Assembly (NCBI GenBank): GCA_964433065.1
Contig: CAYSPZ010000001.1
Location: 28,651-92,650 of the forward strand
DNA: 64,000 nucleotides
DNA from: an uncultured Eubacteriales bacterium
GTDB lineage: Bacteria; Bacillota; Clostridia; Oscillospirales; Acutalibacteraceae
Direction: 5' to 3'
Made by a program: the position numbers and the translations under genes. Under the pieces are notes generated by a model. The model had not been told where the DNA came from and made no database searches. It was given only the letters and a program-made list of their open reading frames with translations. Positions 1 to 9,594 of the stretch are shown here, piece by piece. Numbering within the stretch: position 1 is the first letter of the stretch; each line of letters begins with the position of its first letter.

Positions 1-132
1 AACCTTTGCGGAATCGAAACCGAAAATCTGGCGCGAAACCGCCGTTCGGAAGAGTTGACCGATTACGCGAAGAGTTGTATGCGGCAGATGAAACATGCCA
101 CCGATCAACTGGAAAAACAACTGGGGATCTGA
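1..132 (+). CDS. 3' end of an unidentified CDS entering from the left window edge (partial)
   Basis: Frame 1 is open from base 1 to TGA at 130-132 (..ENLARNRRSEELTDYAKSCMRQMKHATDQLEKQLGI*). A GC-rich hairpin follows 13 nt later. No family recognised. Confidence 0.3.
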   Translation, partial: NLCGIETENLARNRRSEELTDYAKSCMRQMKHATDQLEKQLGI

Positions 133-144
133 TGATACGAATAA

Positions 145-175
145 CAAGACCCGCGAGGACATCTCGCGGGTCTTG
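145..175. terminator. Stem-loop between convergent genes (putative bidirectional terminator)
   Basis: CAAGACCCGCGAG / CTCGCGGGTCTTG form a 13-bp perfect stem with a 5-nt loop. It sits between the stop at 130-132 (+) and the stop at 178-180 (-). The U-tracts are weak. Confidence 0.5.
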
Positions 176-177
176 TG

Positions 178-1332
178 TTATAAACCGAGTTGGTTGAGCA
201 TATTCACGACGGTGCCGCGTTTTTCGGCACTGATGTTTTTGACGATTCGGATCTCTTGCAAACCTCTGCTGAAGGCACGGGTTCTGAACAGGCGATGCCA
301 TCGGCGGAGTTGGAATACGGGGGTCATCCATTTTTTACCGCGCAGTTGCGGGTACAGGAGTGCCAATTTTTCGTAGGATAAGAACACCCGCTTGAAGCAG
401 TAACTGATCATACCGGTGTGGTTTTCTTTGTTGGTGGCATGTTTTTGGGCCAGGGTGCCGTAGACACCGCCGTCGAGCAGGAACCGCTCGCAATCTCTCG
501 AGAGGTCGGTGTGTGTGCCGTCCTCGATCCACACGTTCAATAACCGCAGCATGGTATCGTAAAACGTTTCGATACCGCAATCTTTCAGCATCGTGCGCAG
601 GGCGGTGTCGTCGTACGGCAGTTTGTGCCGTAAAATATACAGGTCGAGCAACGGTTTAAGACCGCATCCGCCTTCTGCGAAGTGGCGCACCATATGCGCG
701 ACCAGATAAAACATGGTGAATTCGTTGGTCAATTCACAGCGGTAGGAACCGTCGACAGGGGTAGCGAATTCCCACACCCGTTCCAACAGTTTGTCCAGAT
801 TGGGGGTACATTCAAAGATGTTGAAATGCAGTTCGAGGTGGACACCGCTTTTAGAAAATAGAGAAACGTTATGGTAGTGGGGACGGCGGTCGGTGGTATA
901 GCCGTAGGTATCGACCAGTACGTCGATGGCGCGGTCAAGGTCTTTTTTGTGTACCAACACGTCAAGGTCGCAACTGGTACGCATCCAGGCTTCGGCGTAC
1001 AGGTTGCGGATAACGGCACCCTTGAGCGGTATATACGGGATCTGCGCTTTTTCGAATGCCGCGCAGATGCAGGACAGGTCGTACTCGCTGATCTCGTACC
1101 GAAAAAGCGCTTTGTTCACCTCACTTGAAAACCGATCGTGCCAATCGCTTGTCAGCAAACCGCGGCGGTCGAGTGCCATACCGACCAGATGGGCGATGTC
1201 GTGACGCACGGAAAGGTCGTACAGGTCGTGGAGGTTTTTCTCGGTCAAGGGGTCGCAAGGTGTGGCGGATAACGTGGTGGGCATCGCCTCTTCGGCGAGC
1301 CACATCATCATATGATCCAGTAACCGTTTCAT
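178..1332 (-). CDS. Uncharacterised nucleotidyltransferase-family protein (NTP_transf_5-like), last gene of the polysaccharide operon
   Basis: The 391-aa ORF resembles the uncharacterised nucleotidyltransferase proteins common in capsule loci (recall only). I chose the ATG at 1332, 2 nt after the fnlC stop. A GTG at 1353 is the alternative start. Confidence 0.5.
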   Translation of the reverse strand: MKRLLDHMMMWLAEEAMPTTLSATPCDPLTEKNLHDLYDLSVRHDIAHLVGMALDRRGLLTSDWHDRFSSEVNKALFRYEISEYDLSCICAAFEKAQIPYIPLKGAVIRNLYAEAWMRTSCDLDVLVHKKDLDRAIDVLVDTYGYTTDRRPHYHNVSLFSKSGVHLELHFNIFECTPNLDKLLERVWEFATPVDGSYRCELTNEFTMFYLVAHMVRHFAEGGCGLKPLLDLYILRHKLPYDDTALRTMLKDCGIETFYDTMLRLLNVWIEDGTHTDLSRDCERFLLDGGVYGTLAQKHATNKENHTGMISYCFKRVFLSYEKLALLYPQLRGKKWMTPVFQLRRWHRLFRTRAFSRGLQEIRIVKNISAEKRGTVVNMLNQLGL

Positions 1333-1334
1333 AG

Positions 1335-2498
1335 TCAGCCGTCTTTTCTCCACACCATCTTGTCGACGACACCGGTGTAGGATTGAATGATCTTGACCAC
1401 TTTGGTGGACACATTTTCTTCGATATAATCGGGGACGGGAATGCCGTAGTCACCGTTTTGGTTTAAGGTGACGGCGGTTTCGACCGCTTGCAGTAACCCT
1501 TTTTGGTCGATGCCCGACAGGATGAAGCAGGCTTTATCGAGCGCTTCGGGACGTTCGGTGGAGGTGCGAATGCACACCGCGGGGAACGGGTGACCGACCG
1601 AGGTGAAGAAACTGGATTCTTCGGGGAGGGTACCGCTGTCAGACACCACCGCAAACGCGTTCATTTGCAGACAGTTGTAGTCGTGGAAACCGAGCGGTTC
1701 GTGGCGAATGACCCGTTTATCCAATTCGAAGCCGCTCTGTTCAAGACGGTTGCGGCTACGGGGGTGGCAGGAATACAGGATAGGCATATCGTACCGCTCT
1801 GCCAACGCGTTGATGGCACCGAACAGACTGTTGAAGTTCTTTTCGGTATCGATGTTTTCTTCGCGGTGGGCGGATAACAGGATGTATTTGCCTTTTTCAA
1901 GACCGAGCCGCGCGTGGATGTCGCTCGCCATGATCTCGTCGAGGTTGTTGTGCAACACTTCCGCCATCGGGGAACCGGTGACGTAGGTGCGTTCTTTCGG
2001 AAGACCGCAGTCGGCGAGGTAGCGGCGGGCGTGTTCGGAGTATGCGAGGTTGACGTCCGAAATGATGTCCACGATACGGCGGTTGGTTTCTTCGGGCAGA
2101 CATTCGTCTTTGCAACGGTTACCCGCTTCCATATGGAAGATCGGGATGTGCAGACGTTTCGCACCGATGACCGACAGGCAGGAGTTGGTATCGCCGAGGA
2201 CCAGAACGGCATCGGGTTTGATCTCGGTCATCAGTTTATACGATTTGGCAATGATGTTGCCGCAGGTTTCGCCGAGGTCGTTACCGACTGCGTCGAGGTA
2301 CACGTCTGGTTGGTCGAGTTTTAAGTCTTTGAAGAAGATACCGTTCAAGGTATAGTCGTAGTTCTGACCGGTATGTGCGAGAATGGTATCGAAATACTGA
2401 CGGCATTTCTGAATGACCGCCGCCAGACGAATGATCTCGGGGCGGGTGCCGACGATGATGAGCAGTTTCAGTTTACCGTTGTTCTTGAATGTTGCCAT
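1335..2498 (-). CDS. fnlC: UDP-N-acetylglucosamine 2-epimerase, non-hydrolysing (FnlC/Cap5G type)
   Basis: LKLLIIVGTRPEIIRLAAVI, GDTNSCL, HMEAGNRC, SAHREENID and a C-terminal NVSTKVVKIIQSY are colinear with Cap5G/FnlC as I recall it. Start taken at MATFKNN (2498), 1 nt after the fnlB stop. Confidence 0.9.
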   Translation of the reverse strand: MATFKNNGKLKLLIIVGTRPEIIRLAAVIQKCRQYFDTILAHTGQNYDYTLNGIFFKDLKLDQPDVYLDAVGNDLGETCGNIIAKSYKLMTEIKPDAVLVLGDTNSCLSVIGAKRLHIPIFHMEAGNRCKDECLPEETNRRIVDIISDVNLAYSEHARRYLADCGLPKERTYVTGSPMAEVLHNNLDEIMASDIHARLGLEKGKYILLSAHREENIDTEKNFNSLFGAINALAERYDMPILYSCHPRSRNRLEQSGFELDKRVIRHEPLGFHDYNCLQMNAFAVVSDSGTLPEESSFFTSVGHPFPAVCIRTSTERPEALDKACFILSGIDQKGLLQAVETAVTLNQNGDYGIPVPDYIEENVSTKVVKIIQSYTGVVDKMVWRKDG

Positions 2499-2499
2499 C

Positions 2500-3699
2500 T
2501 TATTCAACCTCCAGAAAGAAAGTGTCGGGGTGTTGCGGGTCAAACCGCTCGTTTGCCCACATCACGGTGACAAGGTCGTCCGTATCGGACAGGTTAATGA
2601 TGTTATGGGTATAGCCGGGGAGCATATGGACCGCTTCGATGCACTCTCCGCTGACTTCGAAGTTCAGCACCTCGTCGGTACCGACTTTGCGTTGTTGGAT
2701 GAGGCCGTGACCACTGACCACAATAAAAAATTCCCATTTGGTGTGGTGCCAGTGTTGACCTTTGGTGATGCCGGGTTTGGAGATGTTGACCGACACCTGT
2801 CCGCAGTTTTCGGTGCGCAGAAGTTCGGTGAACGAGCCGCGCGGGTCGACGTTCATTTTGAGGGGGAACGCGACCTTTTCTTTGGGAAGATAGGACAGGT
2901 AGGTACTGTACAATTTTTTGGCGAACGAGTCGTTCGGGATGTCGGGAATGGTCAGCGTGGTCGGTTGTGCGCGGAATTGTTCGAGCAGATCCACGATCTC
3001 GCCGAGTGTGACGTGATGGGTGGTGGGGACGGCGCAATAGGTGCCGTTTTCTTGGAGGACGGTGTTGATCCCGTCAAACTCGCAACGGTGTTCGCGTCCT
3101 TCGAGTGCGGCGATCATTTCCGCGATCAGATCGTCGATATACAACAGTTCGAGTTGTACCGACGGGTCGTTGACGGTGATCGGAAGGTCGTTGGCGAGGT
3201 TATGGCAAAACGTGGCGACCGCGCTGTTATAGTTGGGACGGCACCATTTGCCGAACAGGTTGGGGAAGCGGTAGACGAGCACCTTGGCGCCGCTTTCGCG
3301 ACCGTAGGCGAACATCAGGTCTTCCCCCGCTTTTTTACTGCGACCGTAGTCACCGTCGTAACGACCGATACAGGTCGCCTGAATGGACGACGAGATCATC
3401 ACGGGGCAGGTGTTACGGTGTTGTTTGAGCAGGGAAAGGAGGGTGTCGGTGAAGCCGCAGTTGCCTTTCATAAATTCGTCGGGGTTCTGCGGACGGTTGA
3501 CACCCGCGAGGTGAAACACAAAATCACAGTCGCGGCAACCGTCGTCCAGTACCGACGGGTCGGTATCGAGGTCGTACAGATACAACGTATCGATCGAAAG
3601 GGACGGGTGGGTCTTGTCTTTGCCGTCACGGATGTTTTGAAGTGCTTCCACCAGGTTTTTGCCGACGAAACCTTTGGCGCCGGTGATGAGAATGTTCAT
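2500..3699 (-). CDS. fnlB: FnlB/Cap5F-type reductase/epimerase (Rossmann N-terminus plus cupin C-terminus)
   Basis: MNILITGAKGFVGKNL, HLAGVNRP, NLFGKWCRPNYNS, LYSTYLSYLP and ISKPGITKGQHWHHTK match Cap5F almost block for block. Confidence 0.9.
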   Translation of the reverse strand: MNILITGAKGFVGKNLVEALQNIRDGKDKTHPSLSIDTLYLYDLDTDPSVLDDGCRDCDFVFHLAGVNRPQNPDEFMKGNCGFTDTLLSLLKQHRNTCPVMISSSIQATCIGRYDGDYGRSKKAGEDLMFAYGRESGAKVLVYRFPNLFGKWCRPNYNSAVATFCHNLANDLPITVNDPSVQLELLYIDDLIAEMIAALEGREHRCEFDGINTVLQENGTYCAVPTTHHVTLGEIVDLLEQFRAQPTTLTIPDIPNDSFAKKLYSTYLSYLPKEKVAFPLKMNVDPRGSFTELLRTENCGQVSVNISKPGITKGQHWHHTKWEFFIVVSGHGLIQQRKVGTDEVLNFEVSGECIEAVHMLPGYTHNIINLSDTDDLVTVMWANERFDPQHPDTFFLEVE

Positions 3700-3714
3700 A
3701 GTCCTCTGTCCTTT

Positions 3715-4761
3715 TTATTTGGTTTCTTTGGCGAGTTCTTCCTGAATATACGCGAGAGACGCGATCTTCGCTTTGGTTTCCTCCACCGTGAGCAGTTGGG
3801 TGTTGCTGGAGTTGAATTCGGTGAGGGGGTTACGTTCAGCATCGCCCTGCGACACGTATTTATCGTAGTTCAAGCCGCGTTTGTCCGACGGGACGCGGTA
3901 GAAGTTACCCATATCCACGGCGTTGGCGCATTCTTCGTTGGTGAGTAAGGTTTCGTACATTTTTTCGCCGTGCCGAATACCGATGACTTTGATGTTGTTC
4001 ACGTCGCCGCCAAACAGTTCGCAGACCGCTTTCGCCTGCGTTTCAATGGTGCAGGCGGGGGCTTTCTGTACTAAAATGTCACCGCTGACACCGTGTTCGA
4101 ACGCGAACAGGACGAGATCCACCGCTTCGTCGAGCGACATAATGAAGCGGGTCATCGAACCGTCGGTAATGGTGATGGGGTTGCCGCTGCGGATCTGGTC
4201 GATCCAGAGCGGAATGACCGAGCCGCGCGAACACATCACGTTGCCGTAACGGGTGCAGCAGATCTTGGTTTTGTTCGGGTCGACCGTACGGGATTTGGCG
4301 ACGATGACCTTTTCCATCATCGCCTTAGAAGTACCCATCGCGTTGACGGGGTATGCCGCTTTGTCGGTGGACAGGCAGACGACGTTTTTGACACCTGCTT
4401 CGATGGCGGCGGTCAGCACGTTTTCGGTGCCGATGACGTTGGTCTTGACCGCTTCGATGGGGAAGAATTCGCAGGAGGGGACCTGTTTGAGTGCCGCCGC
4501 GTGGAAGATATAGTCCACCCCGTGCATTGCGTTGCGGACCGAGTCAATGTCGCGCACGTCACCGATGTAGAATTTGATCTTGTCGGCGACTTCGGGCATT
4601 TTCACCTGAAATTCGTGGCGCATATCGTCCTGTTTCTTTTCGTCGCGCGAGAAGATGCGGATCTCGCCGATATCGGTTCTTAAGAAACGGTTTAACACGG
4701 CGTTACCGAACGAACCGGTACCACCGGTGATGAGCAGGGTTTTGTTAGTAAACAGTGACAT
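3715..4761 (-). CDS. fnlA: UDP-GlcNAc 4,6-dehydratase/5-epimerase (FnlA/Cap5E type)
   Basis: LLITGGTGSFGNAV..EIRIFSRDEKKQDDMR..FYIGDVRD is the hallmark CapE/FnlA N-terminus. The gene order fnlA-fnlB-fnlC is the canonical one. Confidence 0.9.
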   Translation of the reverse strand: MSLFTNKTLLITGGTGSFGNAVLNRFLRTDIGEIRIFSRDEKKQDDMRHEFQVKMPEVADKIKFYIGDVRDIDSVRNAMHGVDYIFHAAALKQVPSCEFFPIEAVKTNVIGTENVLTAAIEAGVKNVVCLSTDKAAYPVNAMGTSKAMMEKVIVAKSRTVDPNKTKICCTRYGNVMCSRGSVIPLWIDQIRSGNPITITDGSMTRFIMSLDEAVDLVLFAFEHGVSGDILVQKAPACTIETQAKAVCELFGGDVNNIKVIGIRHGEKMYETLLTNEECANAVDMGNFYRVPSDKRGLNYDKYVSQGDAERNPLTEFNSSNTQLLTVEETKAKIASLAYIQEELAKETK

Positions 4762-4776
4762 AGCGATTCTCCTTAT

Positions 4777-6126
4777 TTACACTTTTTCTTTTAAAAGTTT
4801 GTTTATCGTGATCGGTTCTGCGATACAGTACAATCCCACGGCAACCGTCGTGGCAAGCGGAACACCGATCCACGAATCCAGCGTCTGTACGAAAATCCAC
4901 GATAAGGCGATTTTCAGTACGGCACCGATGCCGAAGCAGATGAGTTGTGTTTTCAATTTACCCAGTCCGTTGGTGATGCTGGAAAGCACACTGTTAAAGC
5001 ACATCAAGCCGCCTTCAATTGCAAACACCGCCGCAAACGCGACCGAGGTTTGGATCGCTTCGTCGCCGAGCCAGAGGTTGACGCCGAGTTGTAAGAACGG
5101 GATGATCAAAAATTCACCCACCGTGGCAATGCCCGCAAACAGGCACAGTTTTTTGTACAATGAGCGGATCCAACGGTAGTCCTTTTCCGCAAAGGCTTTG
5201 GTAACCGCCGACCAGATGGGGGTCAGTGTCAGTGAAAACACCATACTGCCGAGTGAGAACAGTTTGTAGTATATCTGGTAGTCCACCACCGCGTCGGGGG
5301 AATACAGGGCGGTGATGAGATAGTCGTTGGTACTCATAATGAGCATATAGAAGACCTGAACCAACAAGAACACACCGCCGAGCGATAAGATCCCTTTCGC
5401 GTGTGTTTTACCGAAAAAGCGGGGTGACGGGCGGATGTCGCGCATACTTTTCTTCGCGAATACGACGACCGTTGCGACCAGTAACGGAAGCAAGACGGCA
5501 ACCGCGTGGACGATCGCCATCACGATCATATTACGGTCGTTCGAGCCGGAGGGAATGATCATGACGCACAGAACGGTCAATATAGAGGTGATCAGGTTCA
5601 GGAAGTTGTTGATAGACGATTTCTGTATTGCGTACAGAACGGAAGAGATCAGTTTAAAGAAGAACTGCAACATAATGCCGAAAAACACGATCGCGACCGA
5701 CAGGTACAGTGCTTTAGACGAAACGACCTGTGTTTCGATGTTGAAAACGGCGTTCCAATTGACAAACGAGAACGCGAACAGGAACACCGCCGACATCACC
5801 AGCACCAACGCGCCGATCGACAGGTAGGCGGAGGAAACGTATCGCCGTGCGTCGTCGCGGCGGTCTTCCGCAAGAGCCGACGTGAGGTGATTGCGCAGAC
5901 CGTTGCCGATACCCAGATCAAAGTTTAAGATCCAGTTGAGTACCGACAGTACCGTGAACCACAGACCAAGCGCCATTTCGTCGTGGAAAAAGCGCAGGTA
6001 GGCGGGCATGGTAAAGAGGGATACGCATAAACTGAGTCCTTTTACCAGAAACGCGCCGATCGTGTGGCGAAGAACGATCTTGTTGTTCTGGGACATATGT
6101 TTGTACTTTTCAATCCATCGTTTCAT
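4777..6126 (-). CDS. wzx: Oligosaccharide-unit flippase (MOP/Wzx family)
   Basis: 449-aa polytopic membrane protein with a Wzx-like N-terminus (..LVKGLSLCVSLFTMPAYLRFF..). Located inside the glycosyltransferase block. Confidence 0.7.
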   Translation of the reverse strand: MKRWIEKYKHMSQNNKIVLRHTIGAFLVKGLSLCVSLFTMPAYLRFFHDEMALGLWFTVLSVLNWILNFDLGIGNGLRNHLTSALAEDRRDDARRYVSSAYLSIGALVLVMSAVFLFAFSFVNWNAVFNIETQVVSSKALYLSVAIVFFGIMLQFFFKLISSVLYAIQKSSINNFLNLITSILTVLCVMIIPSGSNDRNMIVMAIVHAVAVLLPLLVATVVVFAKKSMRDIRPSPRFFGKTHAKGILSLGGVFLLVQVFYMLIMSTNDYLITALYSPDAVVDYQIYYKLFSLGSMVFSLTLTPIWSAVTKAFAEKDYRWIRSLYKKLCLFAGIATVGEFLIIPFLQLGVNLWLGDEAIQTSVAFAAVFAIEGGLMCFNSVLSSITNGLGKLKTQLICFGIGAVLKIALSWIFVQTLDSWIGVPLATTVAVGLYCIAEPITINKLLKEKV

Positions 6127-6128
6127 AG

Positions 6129-7274
6129 TTATTGATCCTCAATCAATCTGCAAAAAGAAGCAAAGAACGCGGTATCCAATTGTTGAATGACCCGTTTCCC
6201 GTCGTAGTCGTCGGCGAGGTCGATCGCTTGGATCGCTTTGGCAACACCTTCGGGGGTGTTTTCGTCGTAGTAGAACAGATCGTTGCCGACCTGCGACGTT
6301 TCGATTGCGGGAAGGCGCACCGTTACCACCCGCAGACCGTTTGCCATATATGCCAGGATCTTGGACGGGAAGGAGGTGGCGTTAAAGGCGGCATCCGGTT
6401 GTTGGGTGCTGAGGCCGATCTGACAACCGCCGAGAAAATTCAAGTAGTCGTCGCCCGACAAACATCCGTCGTAGGTGACGGTACACCCGCAACGGGAGGA
6501 AACGTCGGCGATGAGGTCTTTCATCTGTTGAACCTCCGAGTCGGTTCCGAAACCTAAAATATGTATATGGAACCGATCGGGCAGAAAGAGTGCCGCTTGC
6601 ACCGCCGTGCCGCCGCCTTTTCGCGGGTCGAGCGTACCGGCATACACACAATGCGTTTTGCCTTGTGCGGTGTCAATAAGAGGATGGACAACGGTTCGGT
6701 CATCGACCGTATGGTAGGTACCGTGCAATACGGTATAGGGTAAACGGCGGGTATTGATCAGTCGGTTGAGCATTTCACTTTGAAATACGTACCGATCGGC
6801 GAGTTGAAAGAACTCCAGTTCACGCTTTTTGATCCGCTCGTTTTCCGCTACGTCTCCGTAGATCTCACAGACCTGTAAGATCAAGTTGATATTGCGCTTT
6901 TTCAATACCGTTTTGACCGCATCCATAAACGAAAGCGAGTGATACACGAGAAGGGTGTCACCGTCATCGACCTGCTCCAGCAACGCACGTATCAAGCGGC
7001 GATGTTGGTGCCGTTTCCGTAAAAAACGGGATATCAGTTGCCAACATTTCGGACAGCGCTCGGTGGGTAACAGAATGGCTCTCACCGTTTCGCCGAGAGT
7101 GAGTTCCTGATACGGTAACGTTTGTCTGGACAGCGCGGGAGAAAGAACGACCGTTTCCCGTTTTGCGCGTTTCAGGCAATCGATGACGTATTCCATCACG
7201 GTGGTGCCGGCAGGAGAGGTACAGCGTCCGCCGTTCGCCACGTCGTAGTGGGCAAGATACACAATTTTACTCAT
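6129..7274 (-). CDS. Glycosyltransferase (GT-B fold, GT4-like)
   Basis: The C-terminal half (VYAGTLDPRKGG..ILGFG..SFPSKILAYMANGL) looks like the GT1/GT4 donor-binding domain. Confidence 0.6.
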   Translation of the reverse strand: MSKIVYLAHYDVANGGRCTSPAGTTVMEYVIDCLKRAKRETVVLSPALSRQTLPYQELTLGETVRAILLPTERCPKCWQLISRFLRKRHQHRRLIRALLEQVDDGDTLLVYHSLSFMDAVKTVLKKRNINLILQVCEIYGDVAENERIKKRELEFFQLADRYVFQSEMLNRLINTRRLPYTVLHGTYHTVDDRTVVHPLIDTAQGKTHCVYAGTLDPRKGGGTAVQAALFLPDRFHIHILGFGTDSEVQQMKDLIADVSSRCGCTVTYDGCLSGDDYLNFLGGCQIGLSTQQPDAAFNATSFPSKILAYMANGLRVVTVRLPAIETSQVGNDLFYYDENTPEGVAKAIQAIDLADDYDGKRVIQQLDTAFFASFCRLIEDQ

Positions 7275-7286
7275 AAAACGATCCCC

Positions 7287-8369
7287 TTATGACCAGAAGA
7301 AGCGGTATTCGTTGATACCGGCGCCGGGGGTGAGTACGATGTACTGCGCACAAAGCAGACCCACGATCAAACCATAAACGATCACCGTGTCGCGTTTTTT
7401 GAATGCCGCGTGGATGGACGGTGAGATCACCGCGTAGAACGGCAACATAAAGTAGTAACTGATGCGGAAAAAGACCGGCAGGTTCTGGCACATAATGGTG
7501 ATCATCATCGCGAGACACGCGACGTTGAACACCCGATCAAACGTATCTTTTTGGTCAAAGCGGTCTTTCGCATAGCACATTGCCACAACCACAAATGCGA
7601 AAAAGAACAGGTACAGGTAGAACGTACCGCCGCCCGAATACGACGTGAACTGGTCGGCGGCGGTGTATCCTTCGAACCGATCTTCTTGAAAGAACGCATT
7701 TGCCCCCCACGACACCAGACGGTGGTTGAGTGCCAGATCGATCACCGCAAAGGACAGACAAACCGCGCCGCTCACGATCGGTCGGCTCCATCGATAGAAC
7801 GGCCACGCGAGCAGGAAGGTGATCGCACTCGCATGGAACAACGATGCCGCGACGGTGAGTAACAAAAACCACAGCGTTTGTCCTTTTTGGAGTTTGACAA
7901 ACCCGATCCAACACAAGGACAGCGCGATCGCTTGACGAAGACCCGTCAGGGTGAAGGCATACATACGGAAGGTGACAAACAAAATATACAGCACCAACAT
8001 GTTGCCGGATTGGTGGTAGGCAAAATAAGAAAAAGAGATCGCCACGATGGCACCGACCGTGACCAGCAATAACTGCGGGTCGGGAGAAATGTAGGTGAGG
8101 ACTTTTCCGAACATCGAAAAGGTGGGGTCGCGTCCTTCTTTCCATTCTAAGATCTCCGCAAACGACAGTTTGGACAAATATTCATAGGTTTCGGCATAAC
8201 CGGGAAGGTCGATACCGACGGTGGTATCCCGCAATGCCGCAAATATAAACAAGATAAGACCCATCACGAAAACTTTCCGCTTTTTGTGGTTGGCGGCATT
8301 TTCGGACAGGCGCGGTTGACCGAAGGCGAGTTCGGTCACGACAAGTGAGATGAGCAGTAACAGGTGCAT
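7287..8369 (-). CDS. EpsG/Wzy-like polysaccharide polymerase (polytopic membrane protein)
   Basis: About 360 aa with many TM segments and EpsG-like composition, sitting between GT genes. Start moved to MHLLLLISL (8369); the longer ORF would overlap the upstream gene. Confidence 0.6.
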   Translation of the reverse strand: MHLLLLISLVVTELAFGQPRLSENAANHKKRKVFVMGLILFIFAALRDTTVGIDLPGYAETYEYLSKLSFAEILEWKEGRDPTFSMFGKVLTYISPDPQLLLVTVGAIVAISFSYFAYHQSGNMLVLYILFVTFRMYAFTLTGLRQAIALSLCWIGFVKLQKGQTLWFLLLTVAASLFHASAITFLLAWPFYRWSRPIVSGAVCLSFAVIDLALNHRLVSWGANAFFQEDRFEGYTAADQFTSYSGGGTFYLYLFFFAFVVVAMCYAKDRFDQKDTFDRVFNVACLAMMITIMCQNLPVFFRISYYFMLPFYAVISPSIHAAFKKRDTVIVYGLIVGLLCAQYIVLTPGAGINEYRFFWS

Positions 8370-8382
8370 AGTGTGTTCCTTC

Positions 8383-9594
8383 TTAACGATGGAGTTTACG
8401 GTAAAGGGCTTCGTAGTCCCGGTACATACGGCTTTCGCAGTATTGTTGTTGCGCGGCAACGGCGATCTTCTCTGCGTCAAACGCGGTGTTCAGGAAGGTG
8501 TCGATACACGCTTGTAGCCCGTCGAGATCGCCGTACGGTACGAATCGGGTACAGTCGGTAAGGGCGATGCTTTCGGGACCGCCCGCGCAAAAACCGACCA
8601 CGGGAGTGCCGCAACAAAGGCTTTCGGCGACCGGCATACTGAACGTTTCGCGTTTGCTGAGAATGACCGTCAGGTCTGCCGCCGAATACCACTCGGCAAG
8701 TTCATCCTGCGTTTTGGTTTTACCGAGCAGCAGGACGTTGTCGGGCAGTTCGCCGACCACCGAACGGTTGGCGGCGACCACGAATTTGATTGGCTGATCC
8801 TTCATTCGTTCGGCGAGTCTGAGCAGGTCTTTGCCGCCTTTTTCGTTGTCGTTGACCGTATCGAACAAGGCGGTGGCAAAAAAGACGATCTTCTCGTCGT
8901 TATCGGACGGGATCGGGGGATGTTCGCGGCGGTAGAATACCGACGTATCCACTCCGTTTAACACCGAGCAGTGGGAGAACCGCGATAACATCGGGGATTG
9001 TTCGGCGCGGCTTTGCAGCCACGGAGAAACCGCGACTACCGCGAATTGATCGGGATCAAACCCGTCGTAACACGCTTTCTGACTGCGCCACGTATGGGCA
9101 GTACCGTCAAAAAACATCGATTGGGTGGCAGCCCTTGCCACCGCGCAATGTCCGCAACCCGTTTTCCATTTTTCACAGTCGTGCGCGTGGGCGCAACCGC
9201 CCGTGTACGGGAATTCTGCGTGAAGGGTCAGTGCGGTCGGGATCTTGTGGGCGGACAGGTGCCGCAACAGACGGTAGACGTTGATGTTGTTGCCATTGAT
9301 ACAGTGCAGATGAACCACGTCGGGTCGTTCGCGTTTAAGGAGCGACAACAAACGGGAGGTCTGTACGAACGCGCCGTCAAACTGCCGCGCAAAAGCGCGG
9401 CGGTAGATGGCGGATAATTTCGATAAGATGGGGTTGGAAATGCTGTAAACGTTTCTGTCGGTGCCGCGTTGATGGCGCACCGCGCAGACCGCAACCGATT
9501 CGTGACCGTTTTGTTGCAGTTGTTCGTGGAGAACTTTAACGATCTTTCCCGTACTACCTTCGCCGTATACGCTGTTAATCTGACAGATCTTCAT
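8383..9594 (-). CDS. Glycosyltransferase family 4
   Basis: MKICQINSVYGEGSTGKIV is a GT4 N-terminus. The C-terminal region ..LLLGKT..LAEWYSAADLTVILSKRETFSMPVAESLCCGTPVVG carries an EX7E-like block. Confidence 0.7.
   Translation of the reverse strand: MKICQINSVYGEGSTGKIVKVLHEQLQQNGHESVAVCAVRHQRGTDRNVYSISNPILSKLSAIYRRAFARQFDGAFVQTSRLLSLLKRERPDVVHLHCINGNNINVYRLLRHLSAHKIPTALTLHAEFPYTGGCAHAHDCEKWKTGCGHCAVARAATQSMFFDGTAHTWRSQKACYDGFDPDQFAVVAVSPWLQSRAEQSPMLSRFSHCSVLNGVDTSVFYRREHPPIPSDNDEKIVFFATALFDTVNDNEKGGKDLLRLAERMKDQPIKFVVAANRSVVGELPDNVLLLGKTKTQDELAEWYSAADLTVILSKRETFSMPVAESLCCGTPVVGFCAGGPESIALTDCTRFVPYGDLDGLQACIDTFLNTAFDAEKIAVAAQQQYCESRMYRDYEALYRKLHR

Noticed and set aside
2413-3948. A 511-aa plus-strand ORF antisense to fnlB/fnlA. 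Similar long antisense ORFs occur at 26983-28086, 29154-30002, 31335-32099, 35340-36173, 41035-42105 and 53864-54955.
   Set aside because: Each lies exactly opposite a gene with strong family motifs. Their translations are low-complexity (rich in R, G, V, D, H) with no recognisable domain. Such shadow ORFs are expected in GC-rich coding DNA with biased third positions.
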